From Eledone cirrhosa (taxonomy: Eukaryota), in contig OZ024740.1 in NCBI GenBank assembly GCA_964016885.1, forward strand, positions 95,790,001 through 95,854,000: DNA of 64,000 bases. The letters run 5' to 3'. The position numbers and the translations under genes are program-made. The notes under the pieces were generated by a model. It did not search any database and was not told the origin of the DNA. It saw nothing but the letters and a program-made list of their open reading frames with translations. Positions 26,410 to 39,522 of this stretch are shown here, in pieces (positions within the stretch are counted from its first letter, which is position 1; each line of letters opens with the position of its first letter).

Positions 26410-29400
26410 CTAGCCGACTCGGATTTCCCGCATCCTAGTTTGCGTGGGACGCCCCTCATCGCCCTCAGTTTGTGCAGTAACGGCTCGAGAGCCAACACGT
26501 ACAGGAAGGGAGAGAGGGGACAACGCTGGTGGACCGAGCACATAATGCTGAACGGCTGCGGCAGGTGACCGTTCACCTTCACAACTGAGCAGAGTCGCTC
26601 TAAATTGCATCGATCCAACCCCTAAAAAAAGGGCCCGAAACCGTCTACCTCGAGGACCGCCGCCAGGAACCGATGGTCGACCCTATCGAATGCTTTGGAT
26701 AGATCCAAGTTGAACAAGGCCCCACCCGTGCTAGGTTCCTTAACCAACCTCTCTATGATGTATCGCATGAGATGGAGGTTGTCGTGTATGGATATGACCG
26801 GAATGGCGCATGTCTGCGCCTCTCTAACCAGACCCTTGTCGACATGCGCCAATCTCGTTGCTAACACCTTGGACAAAATATTGAACTCTGCGTTTAGCAG
26901 GGTTATGGGCCTGAAGTTATCGCTAACATCCCTCTTATTCGGGTCTTTTCTCAGCGCCACCGCTCCCCGGCTCACAAAACTTGGAATGGTCCCGTTATGT
27001 TGCAAGTTGCAGTAGACGTCTGCCAAGGGGTCACCGAAAAAGTCTGGCATAAATGCATAACGCTCGTAGCACAGACCATCCAAATCTGGCGATTTACCCC
27101 TTGTGCAGTTAGCCATCGCTTCCCGTATTTTACCGGCTGTTATTGGCTTTTCACAACACTGTGCTGCGGTCGTCGAGAGCCGAGGCAGTCCTTCAAGGTA
27201 TGCACTGAAGTCCATACCCCTATCCGGCCCGCCGCTGCTCCCGAACAGTTCAGAAAAGTGCTGCTGAAAAGCTTCACACATCTGCTCGAGTTCGAGCAAC
27301 ACGCCCCCGTTTTGGTCAGATAAAGACCGTATTGTGGCTTTGTTGCCACGTCGCGCCTCTGCCACCAGGGCCCCTTGGACGGCTTTTGTCCCCTCGTGTT
27401 TCAGAGCGCGCGCTCTAGCACTGACAATGCAGCCCTCGTGTTTTGCGTTGAAGAATTGGTTGAGTGCCAATCTCGCCGCAAGCACGTCGGTTGCGATGCC
27501 TGTCCTAAACGCCTCCTCTAGCTTTCTGACTAGCTCTTCCTCTACTCTATTTTCCTCTATCACTAGTTCTTTGGTAAAACTAATCGATTCTACTTTAATT
27601 GCCCTTTTCAGGGCGAACCACCACCTGTTGTTGACGACCGCTCCCGGCAACACCCGCTTAACTTATACGTTAATCCGGTCTCTGTAGGCTTTGTGCGCCG
27701 GGAAAGACGCGTTCAGCTTCCATTAACCGGGTCCTTGTCTATGAAGTCTTTCTATGTCGATCTCACAGATCACAAATTTGTGGTCTGTGTAGTCGACTAT
27801 TTTAAATTGTGCACAAGTTATACTAGCCCTATCTAGTTCTTTGCAAAATACCCTATCGAGATACGATCTGGATGACCCGATGCTGTGTGTCCATGTCCAC
27901 ATTGCCACATTATGGTGATCCAGTTGATACATGTCAGACAGTTAAAAACGTCTGACCAGGTTGGTGAGGCTCTTGCAGCTTCTCCCCTATCCACTAGCCC
28001 CACACAATCCCAGCGTGCATCCAAGATACCGTTCCAGTCGCCCACTAACACTAAAGAGCGGGACGTTCCAAGAAAGGTCTTTCGACGTCTACAGACATAT
28101 GGCCGTCCTGTCCCTATCGGGGCATAGACGGCTACTAGCCTGAAAGCGTTGTCTTCGGTGCCGGTCACGTCCAGCACCACCGACTTACCTTCTGGGTCTA
28201 GGAAGATGGCCCGTATGGCGACATCCAAGCCTCTGCGAAAAAGGACGGCAACCCATCCCCGCCATCCGGGACGGCTGGGAGATGCGTACACCTCGTAGCC
28301 GTCCAAGATCGATGCAAAAGCTTGCGTTTCGGAGATTTTCTTCTCGCTGATAGCCACCACATCTATGTTTAGTGATATGAGGTCGTTAAGCAAGTGATCC
28401 TGCTTCCAAACCGAGCTCAAGCCACGCACTTTTACACTTCTGATCCTGAATACGGCCATGTTGGGTGAGGAACGGGGCAAGTGTGAAAGCATCACTTACC
28501 TTGATCGTCTTGAGAAGTTGAATCGTCCCTTCGGATGGTCGTCGGCTCATCTGTGAGTATATCCGAGTATACTCTCCGGTTGAGTGTCCCTCCTATGTCT
28601 CTGAAATCACCAACTGCGTTGTGGAATTTCATTTTTATGTTTGTGTATTGTTTCTGTGATATTCTTACCAGTCTTATGTTCGTTGGTGTCTTGATTGGTG
28701 CTGGTATTATGTAGTCGTGCTTTGAAATGTATGTGTGTTCAATTATGTAAGTCATTAGTTTCTTGTTGTATGTATCTATTTCTGTGCATTTCTTTTTCTG
28801 GGGGTGGGGTGTGGTTCTGCTATTTCCTTGTCGTTGTTGCTGGGTGTGTGTGTTTTGTTGTTGTGTTTGCGATGTTGGTGCTGGTGGTGGTCTAGTTGAA
28901 GGTGTTGTTGTTATTGGCGGTGGGGTTGCCGCCGGTGGGGTGATGGTAGTGCTAGTGTGGGTGGTGATGGTGTGGGTGGTGCTTCTGCTGTAAGTCTCTT
29001 TGCAATAGCCCACACCCTTTTTTCATTTCTTCCCTCCCTTTTCGAAGGCGACGATGCGCTGCTTCTGCGTTTGTTCATCCTTGCGACCTTTTGCCATCCC
29101 TCTCCTACGTCACACCCCATGTCCGATTCCGTGAGGTCGGGGAGGGTACCAGCTTCACTCTTTCACTCGTTCTTTTTGGTGATGGTTGTAGTGGAGTCTA
29201 TGTTGCAGCTGCAGTGGGTATTACTGTTGTTGTTGTTAATACTTCCACTGCTGCTGCTGTTCTTGATTTTCGAGGCGTTGGTATGGGTGCCACGGACCTA
29301 TCCTTCATGTTTCCCTCCTGCCCTGTTGCTGCTTGATGGAAGCAGTGGAGCCGGATTCGGTAGTAGGGGGGTTCTCCTTTCTCAGAGCCTTCTCATTGCA

Positions 29401-30669
29401 GAAGGCCCTGACGTGAGTCTTCGACCCACAGCGAAAGCATTTCGGGCGTTTACACTCAACACGAATGGGAAGTTGAGTGCCGTTATCGAAGTCTATCACA
29501 TCCGGGATAGCTTCGATGCACTACTGGTTGGTTTGAATTAACATCTCAATAGATGCGCCGACCCAATCTTCTCGTACTATTTTCTGTACTTGCAGTACGG
29601 TTGTTTTGTCCTCGATTCCGACGAGGACAGACGCGGCCAGCCAAGAATGGGCCATCCTGGGTGGGACTTGGCTCAGATTGATCCTCACACTGTTTTGCCG
29701 CAGTAGAAGGGTAACAACACCATTTCCTCGCTCCTTAGGGTTACTAAGGATGAGCCTTTGCCTGCTGGGGTGTGGCAAAAAGCACGTCCACGGTGGCATA
29801 TTTCTTGCCTCGGGTGATATGCGTTTTCCGCTGCCACACAGATCCTAAGGCTTCTTGTATTTGAGCCTCTGTGGCTCTTTCAACCCTACGTGATTTTGTT
29901 CGTACTGTACGTGACCGTACAGTGATGTTGGGTTTCGAAAATTTCTTCGGCTGCCTTGCAGATTTCTCGGTGTCCGGTTTTCGTCACCATCTTCCTTGCT
30001 TCCTGTAATTCCTCATTTGTTATAAGGATGGTTTCCAGGTTCTTTGAGATACCAGCACACGAGATTGGCTTTTTATTTGTTGTTGTTGTTGTTGTTGTTG
30101 TTTTTGTTGATGTTGCTGCTGCTGCTGCTGCTGCTGTTCTTACGGCTGCTGCTGCTATTCTTCATGACGTAAGACGAATGAAATGGCTTTCCGTATTTAC
30201 CACACTCATCTTTCGTCGTTGACGTCGTCGTGGAGAAATGTTCCAGGGTACGCGGGTTCTCTTGAAGAAGAACGCTACGAGAAACTACATTTTTCTCATT
30301 CTTAAATGCGTCGCTTGCGAAAGAGGCGACAGAGGCGACACCACATTTAGAGAAGGGAGGCAGAGAGACAATCTTTCTTTGACGTAATGACGCTTGGGGA
30401 AGAAGAAGACGAAAGGAGTGGGAGTGAGTTGTGAAAATTCTTTTTTGTAGCCATGTTTTTTTTACGGTTTAAAATGAATATTGGGTACAAATCCGCAATA
30501 ACTGGTTATTTACCCCGAATAGCGAAATAATGGGCAGAAAGACCCCTCTCACGACGAGGAGGGTGTCTTTATCTACAATTTGTTTCAAGTTTTAAACAAT
30601 TTACAATTGTTATAACGGTTAAAAATGAAAATACCTTACAGAGCCGAACCTCCGTCAACCATGGCATTC
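26410..30669 (-). mobile_element. L1/Tx1-clade LINE, 5'-complete, 3'-truncated, disrupted ORFs
   Basis: ORF1 from ATG 30454 to 28492 with CFRCGSKTHVRAFC knuckle; ORF2 from ATG 28459 with APE motifs (LVGDWNGILD, YLDRVFC, YTDHKFV) and RT (FRPITLLN, DLSKAFDRVDH, QRCPLSP); ends before YADD. Confidence 0.93.
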
Positions 30670-30700
<31 letters not shown>

Positions 30701-30957
30701 TTTTCTTTATTAACCACAAGGGTTTACATAAAGTAGACATTAAGGACAGTACAGGACAATACAGGACGGTACAAATGGGCATTTCTGCGTGTAAAAAAAA
30801 CAGAGGATGAAATAAAATAACAAAGAAAAATTCCCCAATAGGGGGGAGACTTCCGAGGGACATTTGTGGAGAAAGCCCATTAAAAGACCACAGTGGCCCT
30901 GACCACCAGGGTAAAAACGTGTCTAGCAAACGGCGACCACACCTGATCACCGTCGAG
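30670..30957 (-). mobile_element. Short chimeric Tx1 fragment (ORF2 internal piece joined to 3' UTR) with (ATT)n tail
   Basis: 30700-30900 is a paralog of 30968-31180; 30915-30956 matches ORF2 segment 31986-32027. Confidence 0.75.
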
Positions 30958-33900
30958 TAATAATAATGATTTCTTTATTAACCACGAGGGTTTACATAAA
31001 GTAGACATTAAGGACAGTACAGAACAATACAAGACGGTACAAATGGGCATTTCTGCGTGTAAAAAAATCAGTGGATGTAATAACAATAACAATAAACAAT
31101 TCCCCAATAGAGGGGAGACTTCCGAAGGACATTTGTGGAGAAAATCCATTAAAAGGCCACAGTAACACTGACCTCACGGCAAGTATCCTCTCCCAGTTTT
31201 CCACCTTTAATTTACATACACATACTCAGAGTAGACCCATTCACTCGCTTCTCTCACCCATCTTTCAACAAAATGCTGGGAAGAGAGCACTTCCCTCTCT
31301 ACTCTGATTTTCCTTTTCAAATGAAATTTGAAAAAGTCAATCAGGGCATCACCGAAGAGGTATGTGCTCGTCTTCAGCCCTTTCAAACGTGTCCACCATA
31401 CTATCTCCTTCGCCATGGCCACCAGACAGATAAAAACTGACTGCCTGTCCTTCCCGGCTAAAGGAGGAGGGCGGGGCAATCCTCACGATGGACTCAGCTG
31501 ATAGCCGGATCCGTCCTACACGCGACAGCAGGTGATCGACATAAATCCTCAAGTTAGCAATTCTCGGACACTGGACGAGTGCGTGCAGGACGGTTTCGTC
31601 GCCCTGCGCGCATCTCGGACATGCCCGACTGACGGCACCTCCATGCCTGTAGAGTTTATCCCGAACTAGCAAGGCTCCTCGGTAGCACTGCCAGGCCAGG
31701 GATTTCTGGAAGTTGTCCATAGGCCCCGCCCCGAAAGTTCTTCCGAAGAGATTGGCTAGTTGATTTTCGTCGATAAGCTAGATTGGCTAGTTGATTTTCC
31801 CCAAGTACGTCGTCGCTCCTCCAATCCATAATCCTCTATAGAACGCCGAGATGGAGTTTCCACCGATCACATTACCCGATTGGTCGAGGGCTGTGAGCCC
31901 CTGAAAACATTCCAGTCTCCAAGCGCTGCCTCTCGGTCTTCGCTTGACCCATACTGCAGCTCCGTCAAGGAAACGAGCTGGGGAAATACGTGTCTAGCAA
32001 ACGGCGACCACATCTGATCACCGTCGAAGAAGAGGTGGAGATGTCGTAGCCTGAGCGCGTGTCTGCGCATCATCATCCACGGCATGCCCAGCCCAACGTG
32101 GCGGGTGTTGACAACAGATGAACCGCGCGTCCCTTCCACAAAAAGCGAAAAAGCAAACGCTCCAGCGCAGTCAGGCGGGGCTTAGGACAAGGTACGACGG
32201 TCAGCCGGTGCAGATGACAGACGCGATGTACGTATTAGCCACCTCCGCTCGACCTTTCAGGTATAGCTTCCTCTAGGCCCATTTCTGGGTGAGACAAGCT
32301 ACCCTGCTCGTCATCTCGTCCCAGTTTGTGTCCGTCTGGAGGTCCGGACCGAACCAGACCCCTAGCGATATAATCGGTCCGTCCGTCGAGCGTCCGACGA
32401 CGCTGTTGGACGTCATGGACCTGCCTCTCCAGGTGCCGAGCTGCAGGCCCACTGACTTTTCCTGGTTGATCATCGCTCCTGTCACCGCTTCGTATTCTCT
32501 TAGTGTAGTGCCGATCTCTTCGATGTGTTTGGCGTTCGACACCACTACGGTGACATCGTCCGCATATGCTGAAAACGGATCTTCCGCATCCTAGTTCGCG
32601 CGAGACGCACCTCAACGTCTCCAGTTTGTGCAGTAATGGCTCGAGAGTCAATACATACAAGAGGGACGAGAGGGGACATCCTTGGCGGACCGAGCGCCTG
32701 ATGTTGAACGGTTCCGAAAGGTGACCGTTCACTCTCACCACAGAGCAGATGTCGCTGTGCATGACAGCGATCCAGCCTCTGAAGACGGGCCCAAAGCAAG
32801 CCGCCCTCAGGACTGCTGCTATGTAACGATGGTCGACCATATCGAAAGCTTTCGACTAATCTAAATTGATCAAGGACCCATCTGTGCCAGGTTCCCTAGC
32901 TACCCTCTCTGCGATGTATCGCATGAGGTGGAGGTTGTCGTGGATGGATCTGTCGGGAATGGCGCATGTCAGCGCCTCTCCCACCAGACCACCAACGATA
33001 AGCGCCAACCTCTTTGCTAGCACCTTGGCCAAAATCTTGAACTCTGTGTTTAGCAGAGTTATGGGCCTGAAATTATCTATGTTATCCTCCTTCTTCGGAT
33101 CCTTTCTCAGCAGCGCCACCGTTTCTCGGATCACAGTGCTGGGAATTCTCCCGTTATGTTGCCAGTTGCAGTAGACGTCCGCCAAGAGGCCTCCGAACAA
33201 GTCTGGCATTTGTACGTAAAGCTCATAGGGCAGACCTTCCAAACCAGGCGATTTACTCCTTGTGGAGCCAGTCATTGCCTCCCGTACTTCAGCGGCTGTT
33301 TTCGGCTTTTCGCAACACTCCGCCTCAGTGGCCGAGAGCCGCGGCAGTCCGTCGAGGTAGACACTAATGTCCATCCCTCGATGCGGCCTGCCGCTGCCCC
33401 CGAACAGTTGAGCGTAGTGTCGCTGAAAAGCTTCACACATTTGCCTGGGATCGAATAGTATGCGCCCGTCGTGGTCCACCAAAGACCGGATCATGGCTTT
33501 GTTTCCACGACGCACCTCCGCCACTCGGGCCCATTGAACGGCTTTCGTCCCCTCGTGTCTTAGAGCACGCACCCTAGCTCTGACAACGCAGACTTTGCAT
33601 TGAAGAATTGGTCAAGGGCCAATTTCGCCGCAAGTAGTTCGGTCGCGATGCCTAGACGATGGTGATGTTTGCAGTCTCTGTTGCAGCTGCAGTTGGTATT
33701 GCTGTTGTTGTTGTTAATACTTCCACTGCTGCTGCTGTTCTTGATTTCCCTGGCGTGTATATGGGTGCCACGGACCTATCGTTCCTGGTTGCCGCCTGTC
33801 CTGTTGCTGGTAGCAGTGGAGCCGGTTTCGGAAGGAGGGGGATTTTCTCCTATCTCGGGGTGTTCTCATTGCAGAAGGCCCATAGAGGTGAGTCTTCGAT

Positions 33901-35254
33901 CCACAGCGAAAGCATTTCGGGCGTTTGCCCTCAACAATTATGGGCAGTTGAGTGCCGTTATCGAAGTCTATCACATCCGGGATAGCTTCGATGCACTCCT
34001 GGTTGGTTTGCATTAACAACTTAATGGAGGTGCCGACCCAATCTTCTCGTACTCTTTTCTGTACTTGCAGTACAGTTGTTTTGTCCTCGATTCCGAGGAG
34101 GACAGCCGCGGCCAGCCAAGAAGGGGCCATCCCGGGGGGGGGGGGGGGCGTGGCTCAGTTTCACCCTCACAATTTTTTTTCCGCAGTAGGAGGGCGCCAA
34201 CACAATTACCTCACTCCTTAGGGTCACTAAGGATTGAGCCTTTGCCTCCTGGGGTGTGGCAAAAAGCACGTCCACGGTGGCATATTTCTTGCCTTGAGTG
34301 ATATGCGTTTTCCGCTGCCACACAGACCCTAAGGCTTTTTGTATTTGAACCTCTGTGGCCCTTTCAACCCTACGGGATTTTGTGCTTACTGTACGGTACG
34401 TGACCGTACAGTGCTGTCGGGTTTCGAAAAACTTTTCGGCTACCTTGCAGATTGCTCGGTGTCCGATTTTCGTCACCATCTTCTTTGCTTCCTCTAATTC
34501 CTCATTTGTTATAAGGATGCTTTCCAGGTTCTTTGCGATACCTGCAAACGAGATTGGTTTTTCTTTGTTGTTGTTGTTGTTGTCGTCGTCGTCAGAGCTG
34601 CTGTTACTTTTGTTGTTGCTGCTGGTACTACGACTGCCGCCGCCGATGTTGCTGTGGTGGTTGTTGTTGTTGCTGCTGCTGCTATTGTTGTTGCTGTTGC
34701 TGCTAATGCTGTTGTTGTTTATGCTGTTGCTGATGCGGTTGCGGCTGCTACTGTTGTTTTCCTTGTCACTGTTGTTGCTGCTGCTGTTATTACGGCTGCT
34801 ACGTTAAACGAATGAAATGGGTTTTTGTATTTACCGCACACCTTTTTCGTCGTTGTCGTCGTCGTGGAGAAATGTTCCACGTTTTGCACGTGATTTTGGA
34901 AACTATTTTTCTTTACTGGCGTCGCTTGCGAAAGAGAAGGGAGGGAGAGAGACATTATCCTCTCTGGTTTAGTGACGATTGAGGAAGAAGAAGACGGAAT
35001 GAGTGTGAGTGACTTGTGAAAATTATTTTTTGTATCCATGTTTTTTTTTGGTTTAAAATAAATATTGGACACAAAACCCCAAAAAGCGCTTATTTAACCC
35101 CGAAGGGCCAAATAACGGGCAGAAAGGCCCCTCTCACGAGGAGGAGGGTGTTTTTGTCTACAATTTGGTTAAAGTTTTAAACAATTTACAATTGTTTTAG
35201 CAGTTAAAATGTACAATACTTTACAGAGCCGAGCCTCCGTCAACCATGGCATTC
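30958..35254 (-). mobile_element. L1/Tx1-clade LINE with both ends and an internal deletion of ORF1 C-terminus + APE
   Basis: 5' end gaatgccatggttgacgg as in the 30669 copy; ORF1 from about 35039; junction near 33655 into ORF2; RT (AYADD near 32570-32555), C-terminal CPRC..ETVLHALVQC; 3' UTR with AATAAA and (ATT)n tail. Confidence 0.93.
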
Positions 35255-35257
35255 AAT

Positions 35258-35446
35258 AATTGTTTCTACTTTTGGCACAAGGCCAGCAATTACCCAGTAC
35301 ATTACTGGTACTTTATTTTAGCGACACCGTAAGGATGAAAGGCAAAGTTAACCTTGGTGGGATTTGAACTCAGACCGTAAAGGGACGTAACTATGCTGTA
35401 AAGCATGGCGTCCGACTCTCTACTGATACTGCCAATCCACCGCTCT
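35258..35446 (-). mobile_element. tRNA-derived SINE
   Basis: Minus: A-box-like tggcagtatcag, B-box gagttcaaatcc; near-identical copies at 35981 and 37011. Confidence 0.85.
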
Positions 35447-35980
35447 AATAATAATAATGAAACGCATCATCGAATAGGATCTATACACTTCTATCGTTTT
35501 CCAATTCACTCATTGTTTTAATTAACCGAGTATCATATATACCAATCAAAATTACACATCGATAAAAGTAATTAATTTAGTTAAAAAAACATTACATTTG
35601 TTTTTGAAAAGATTATCAGAATTAATACCATATCTATATCATTTGCGTTTATTTTTTGCTAAATAAAGGCTTTCATCTTTTGTGATAGTTTCACGTACAC
35701 AGTCATGTTGGGGTTGTCTTTTATTAGCACGTGTTCATATGTACTGAACTTTATACATAATTGTCTAACCATATTTGCAAGAGGGGCAACATATAATCGT
35801 CCTCTACTTTAGCTTGGCAAGAAACGAGATGAAAATCTGGGTTGATTTATTTAACTACTCTCAGGCGCATTTATTCACATTTTTCTCAGTTTCCCTGTGA
35901 ATATTCTCCGACGTTCTCGACTGTTATAGTCATAGTCTATATTCGTGAAAAGTCTACAATAAATTATGAACAAAGATAAT

Positions 35981-36165
35981 TGTTTCTACTTTAGGCACAA
36001 GGCCAGCAATTACCCAGTGCATTACTGGTTCTTTATTTTATCGACCCCGTAAGGATGAAAGGCAAAGTCAACCTCGGCGGGATTTGAACTCGGATCGTAA
36101 AGGGACGTAACTATGCTGGAAAGCATGGCGTCCGACTCTCTACCGATACTGCCAATCCACCGCCC
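35981..36165 (-). mobile_element. tRNA-derived SINE with 16-bp target-site duplication
   Basis: A/B boxes on minus strand; TSD tatgaacaaagataat at 35965-35980 and 36166-36181. Confidence 0.9.
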
Positions 36166-37010
36166 TATGAACAAAGATAATGATATCTAGATAACTAATT
36201 AGCACAGTTATCTTTCTATGATTTATTAAATAAACGTTGCATATATGTTGTGTATCGAGCTAACAAAATATTACTGTTAATAATATATCCATAAACCATA
36301 ATTGAAATATTTAACTATGCAGACAATTCCTGTTTTATTGCTGAACGATATTTTGAAATTTCATATAATAGACATTGTGTATGGTGAAAACATTATGTGT
36401 ACAAAACTTACTGAGAGATATGTTTTTGAAAACGAATTAGCTAGATTTATGATTGTAATTTATTTATTCACAAAAGAAAGACAATGATACACATACTTGT
36501 CAGTGAGCCGTTGTTCAATGTATTTCTCAGATAAATATGCCTGCTATTATACCCACCAATAATATGACTAATAACATTTAAATGAGTCTTATGCAATTCT
36601 ATAACACGTACTTTGGCGTATTTAACACATTAAGGACAGGAGTAAAATACTGTATGTTCAGAATAGTTAAATGAATTGATATATAACATGGCTGTATAGG
36701 AAATAATGCTGTGATTACTTTGTCACTATTGTTGTATTGAGTTTAAAGATTAAATTATTAACCTGAACAAATTCGTTTCTACATATAAGTCATTCCTGTT
36801 GTGGTGGATTCCCCGGAAATAACCAAGAAATTCACCGATAAATTATTTTTTTGCAGGGAAGCTATATAACTATGAAGTTCAAAATGTTTTGCTGAGTTCA
36901 ACCACTAAACTTCTCAGGAAACTATGACCCGGATGGAAGATGAAATAAAATGAAAATGAAGCGAAAAACAATAAGTGTTAAAAATTAAAAAAAATGTTAA
37001 ATAACAATAC

Positions 37011-37318
37011 TTGTTTCTACGTTTGGCACAAGGCCACCAATTACCCAGTGCATTACTTGTACTTTATTTTATACACCCCGTAAGGATGAAAGGCAAAGTT
37101 AACCTCGGTGGGGAGTTCTACTTCAGACACAAGTCCAGCACATTTTGTGGAGCAGTAAGTCGATTAAATCAATCCCTGTTTGTGACTGGTCCTTTGTTTC
37201 ATATACCTCGTAAGGATGAAAGGCAAAGCTAAACTTGGTGGTATTTGAACTAGGAATGTAAAGGGACATAACTATATGCTGAAAGTCATGGTACTGGACA
37301 CTACCAATTCTGCCAATC
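37011..37318 (-). mobile_element. Two nested or partial copies of the same SINE family
   Basis: gtaaggatgaaaggcaaag occurs twice (about 37080 and 37210); tRNA-like head near 37240-37318. Confidence 0.75.
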
Positions 37319-37324
37319 AAATAA

Positions 37325-38120
37325 TTGTAATAAGCAAATTGATTGCTGGCAAAATACCAACAGGGAAAATAAACACAAAGGGAAACCGAAATGGCAGAGA
37401 GAGCTGCAAAATAAAATTGGTGTTGAGGAGAGAGCTTCTCTCGTATCCTAAATAAATACGGGAACTGACATCAACCGTCAAAAGTTTTCTAGGCTGAGAA
37501 TGACCAACAGAGAAGCAGACTGGAAAGAGATTTATGATTCAATCAAGCAAACGATAGAGCCAAATGGGCAGAGATTAAGGAGATGTAAAAAAAAGCTAAC
37601 TTCTTTAAAGAAAGGAAACAACGCTACCGAAGATGCCAAGAGATTTTACAGAGACTTAGGGAAAAAATAGTGTAATAAGACAACCACCTATGCTTAATTA
37701 GGTTGAGCCCTTCTGGGCAAATATCTGGGAAAAAGCTAAAGATTACAACTCCAATGCCACATAGCTGCAGTAATTGGAAATCTCTGATTGCACCCCAAAA
37801 TGGAATGGGATCACCTCACACGTAATAAAAACAGCAGTCAGCAATGTTGGGAACTGGAAATAACCGAACAGAAAAAGGCTTTAAAAATGTGTGGCTGAAA
37901 CATCTGGATGTTCTCCATGAAGTCTTGGCTGCTGAATTTTCCAGGATTGTAGCAAATCCAAGAGAGATCCTAAAGTGGATGAAAGCTGGCATAACGAATC
38001 TGCTACTGAAGAATGAATGCACAGGAAATCCAAAAAATATTCATATTAATTACATGTCTCCCAATGATGTTCAAAGCCGTCACATCAGTGATTACAGTGA
38101 AGGTCTACAATTACCTCGCC
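37325..38120 (+). mobile_element. Degenerate R4/Dong-like LINE fragment
   Basis: KPKWQRELQNKIG and WLKHLDVLHEVL..LKWMKAGITNLLLK..NPKN align with WIKHLTSLHPKL..PEWLTKGTTVLIMK of the 51598 ORF. Confidence 0.75.
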
Positions 38121-38149
38121 TGTGTAGATGTATTGTGTGGGTCTATATT

Positions 38150-39025
38150 CGACAAGTATTAAACAGGCTGCCATCAGGAATGTACATCATTTAGACTCCG
38201 TCTTCCTCCTCAAAATCTTCTGTGACCTGCTTGAGCATCATCAAGAGCAAGATGGTGAAGAGAGTCAGTGACAGGACGCAACACTGCTTCGCTCTGTTAA
38301 TGACCTAGGAGGGCTCTAACAGATCACTTATGTGAGCGAATTGACCACGCGGGTCTTCCTTAGTTGGATGAAGTTGTTCAGAAAATGTGTGGGTCAACTG
38401 AGACTTTCTAATATCTGCCACGTTTCTATTCTGCTACTGTATCGAAAACATTACTCAAGTCAACGAACGCCACATGCTGCCCTTTATCAAGAAGTCTGCA
38501 TGAGAACGAACACCATAGCTGTGGTGCTTATGTTGTCTCTGAAGCCGCACTGGCTCCCTGGGAGGTATTCTTCAGCGATGGCCGGTACTAGTCTGTTTAA
38601 CAGCACCCTTGTGTGTGTGTATGAATTCTGCAACAATCAGCAGAGTGATACCACGGTAATTTGAGCTGTTTGATTTTCCCCTCTTTCATTTTGAGAACGT
38701 GTGGCAGATTGCCCTGTTCCCAGCAACATGAACAAAGCTCATGTAGTTCTGCGCAGCCATGATTCCGAATCCCTGGTTGAATTCCATCGACTCTTGCTGC
38801 TTTGCCAGCCCTTAGGCACTCTATGGCTTTAATGGTCTCTTTAAAGGTTGGTGGAAAATGGAGAGTATTGTTGTGTTCTGATCCGTGCTGGAGAAGGCGT
38901 GGAAATGTTCCGAGCAATGGCTTAAAGTAGACGCATTGTTTATGGGAAGGGCCTGGCTATCTGCATTACACAAATTAATCTAGACCTGATATGTAGGGGC
39001 ATACACTGCCTTTAAGGTTTCGTAG
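38150..39025 (-). mobile_element. Degenerate RTE-clade LINE fragment
   Basis: PPTFKETIKAIECLRAGKAARVDGIQP, CCWEQGNLP and a frameshifted SNYRGITLL motif. Confidence 0.7.
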
Positions 39026-39478
39026 TAAATTATATGGACTATATAGATTAAATGTTAATCATCATGATGATATGATGAAATTATAATAATGAGGTGATGT
39101 TTATTTAACTTGTTAATTTTTGTATAATGGTTTTCTTGATGACGAACAACATTGTGTATATTGGTGATATTAATGATGATGTTGGTATGAACGATGGCAC
39201 TTTTTATGAGATATATAGTGATGATGATGATTATGGGACTATTTATGAGAGTTACATTATTGCATGTCGCTACGCAGATATAATGATTCTAGGCCTGCTG
39301 ATCATTCTCAGTATGCTGCTGATAATAATTATGAATTATTTTTCAGACGTAGATCATGAAATATAATATGCTTGAAATATGAATATGAATGATGAAATAT
39401 ATGCTTTAGAACTGCCTTTTCAGCAACCTATGATCATAGTGACTCTAATTTTAGAGTAACGCATTTTATCTCTCACAG

Positions 39479-39522
39479 AAGATCTACGATCACTCCATTC
39501 AATGTGACTATTCAATATTTAG
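39479..39522 (+). CDS. Candidate host exon (phase 2 to phase 1)
   Basis: Acceptor ttttatctctcacAG, donor ag/GTAGTA; reads RSTITPFNVTIQYL, in frame with 39953. Confidence 0.3.

Noticed and set aside
35890-36930. Additional acceptor-like sites near 35890, 36322 and 36856
   Set aside because: Frames hit stops or lack good donors; no consistent exon chain.
35258-37318. Repeated ~190-bp units suggesting tRNA genes or a CRISPR-like array
   Set aside because: Dispersed SINE copies with Pol III boxes and a TSD; no cloverleaf and no regular repeat-spacer pattern.
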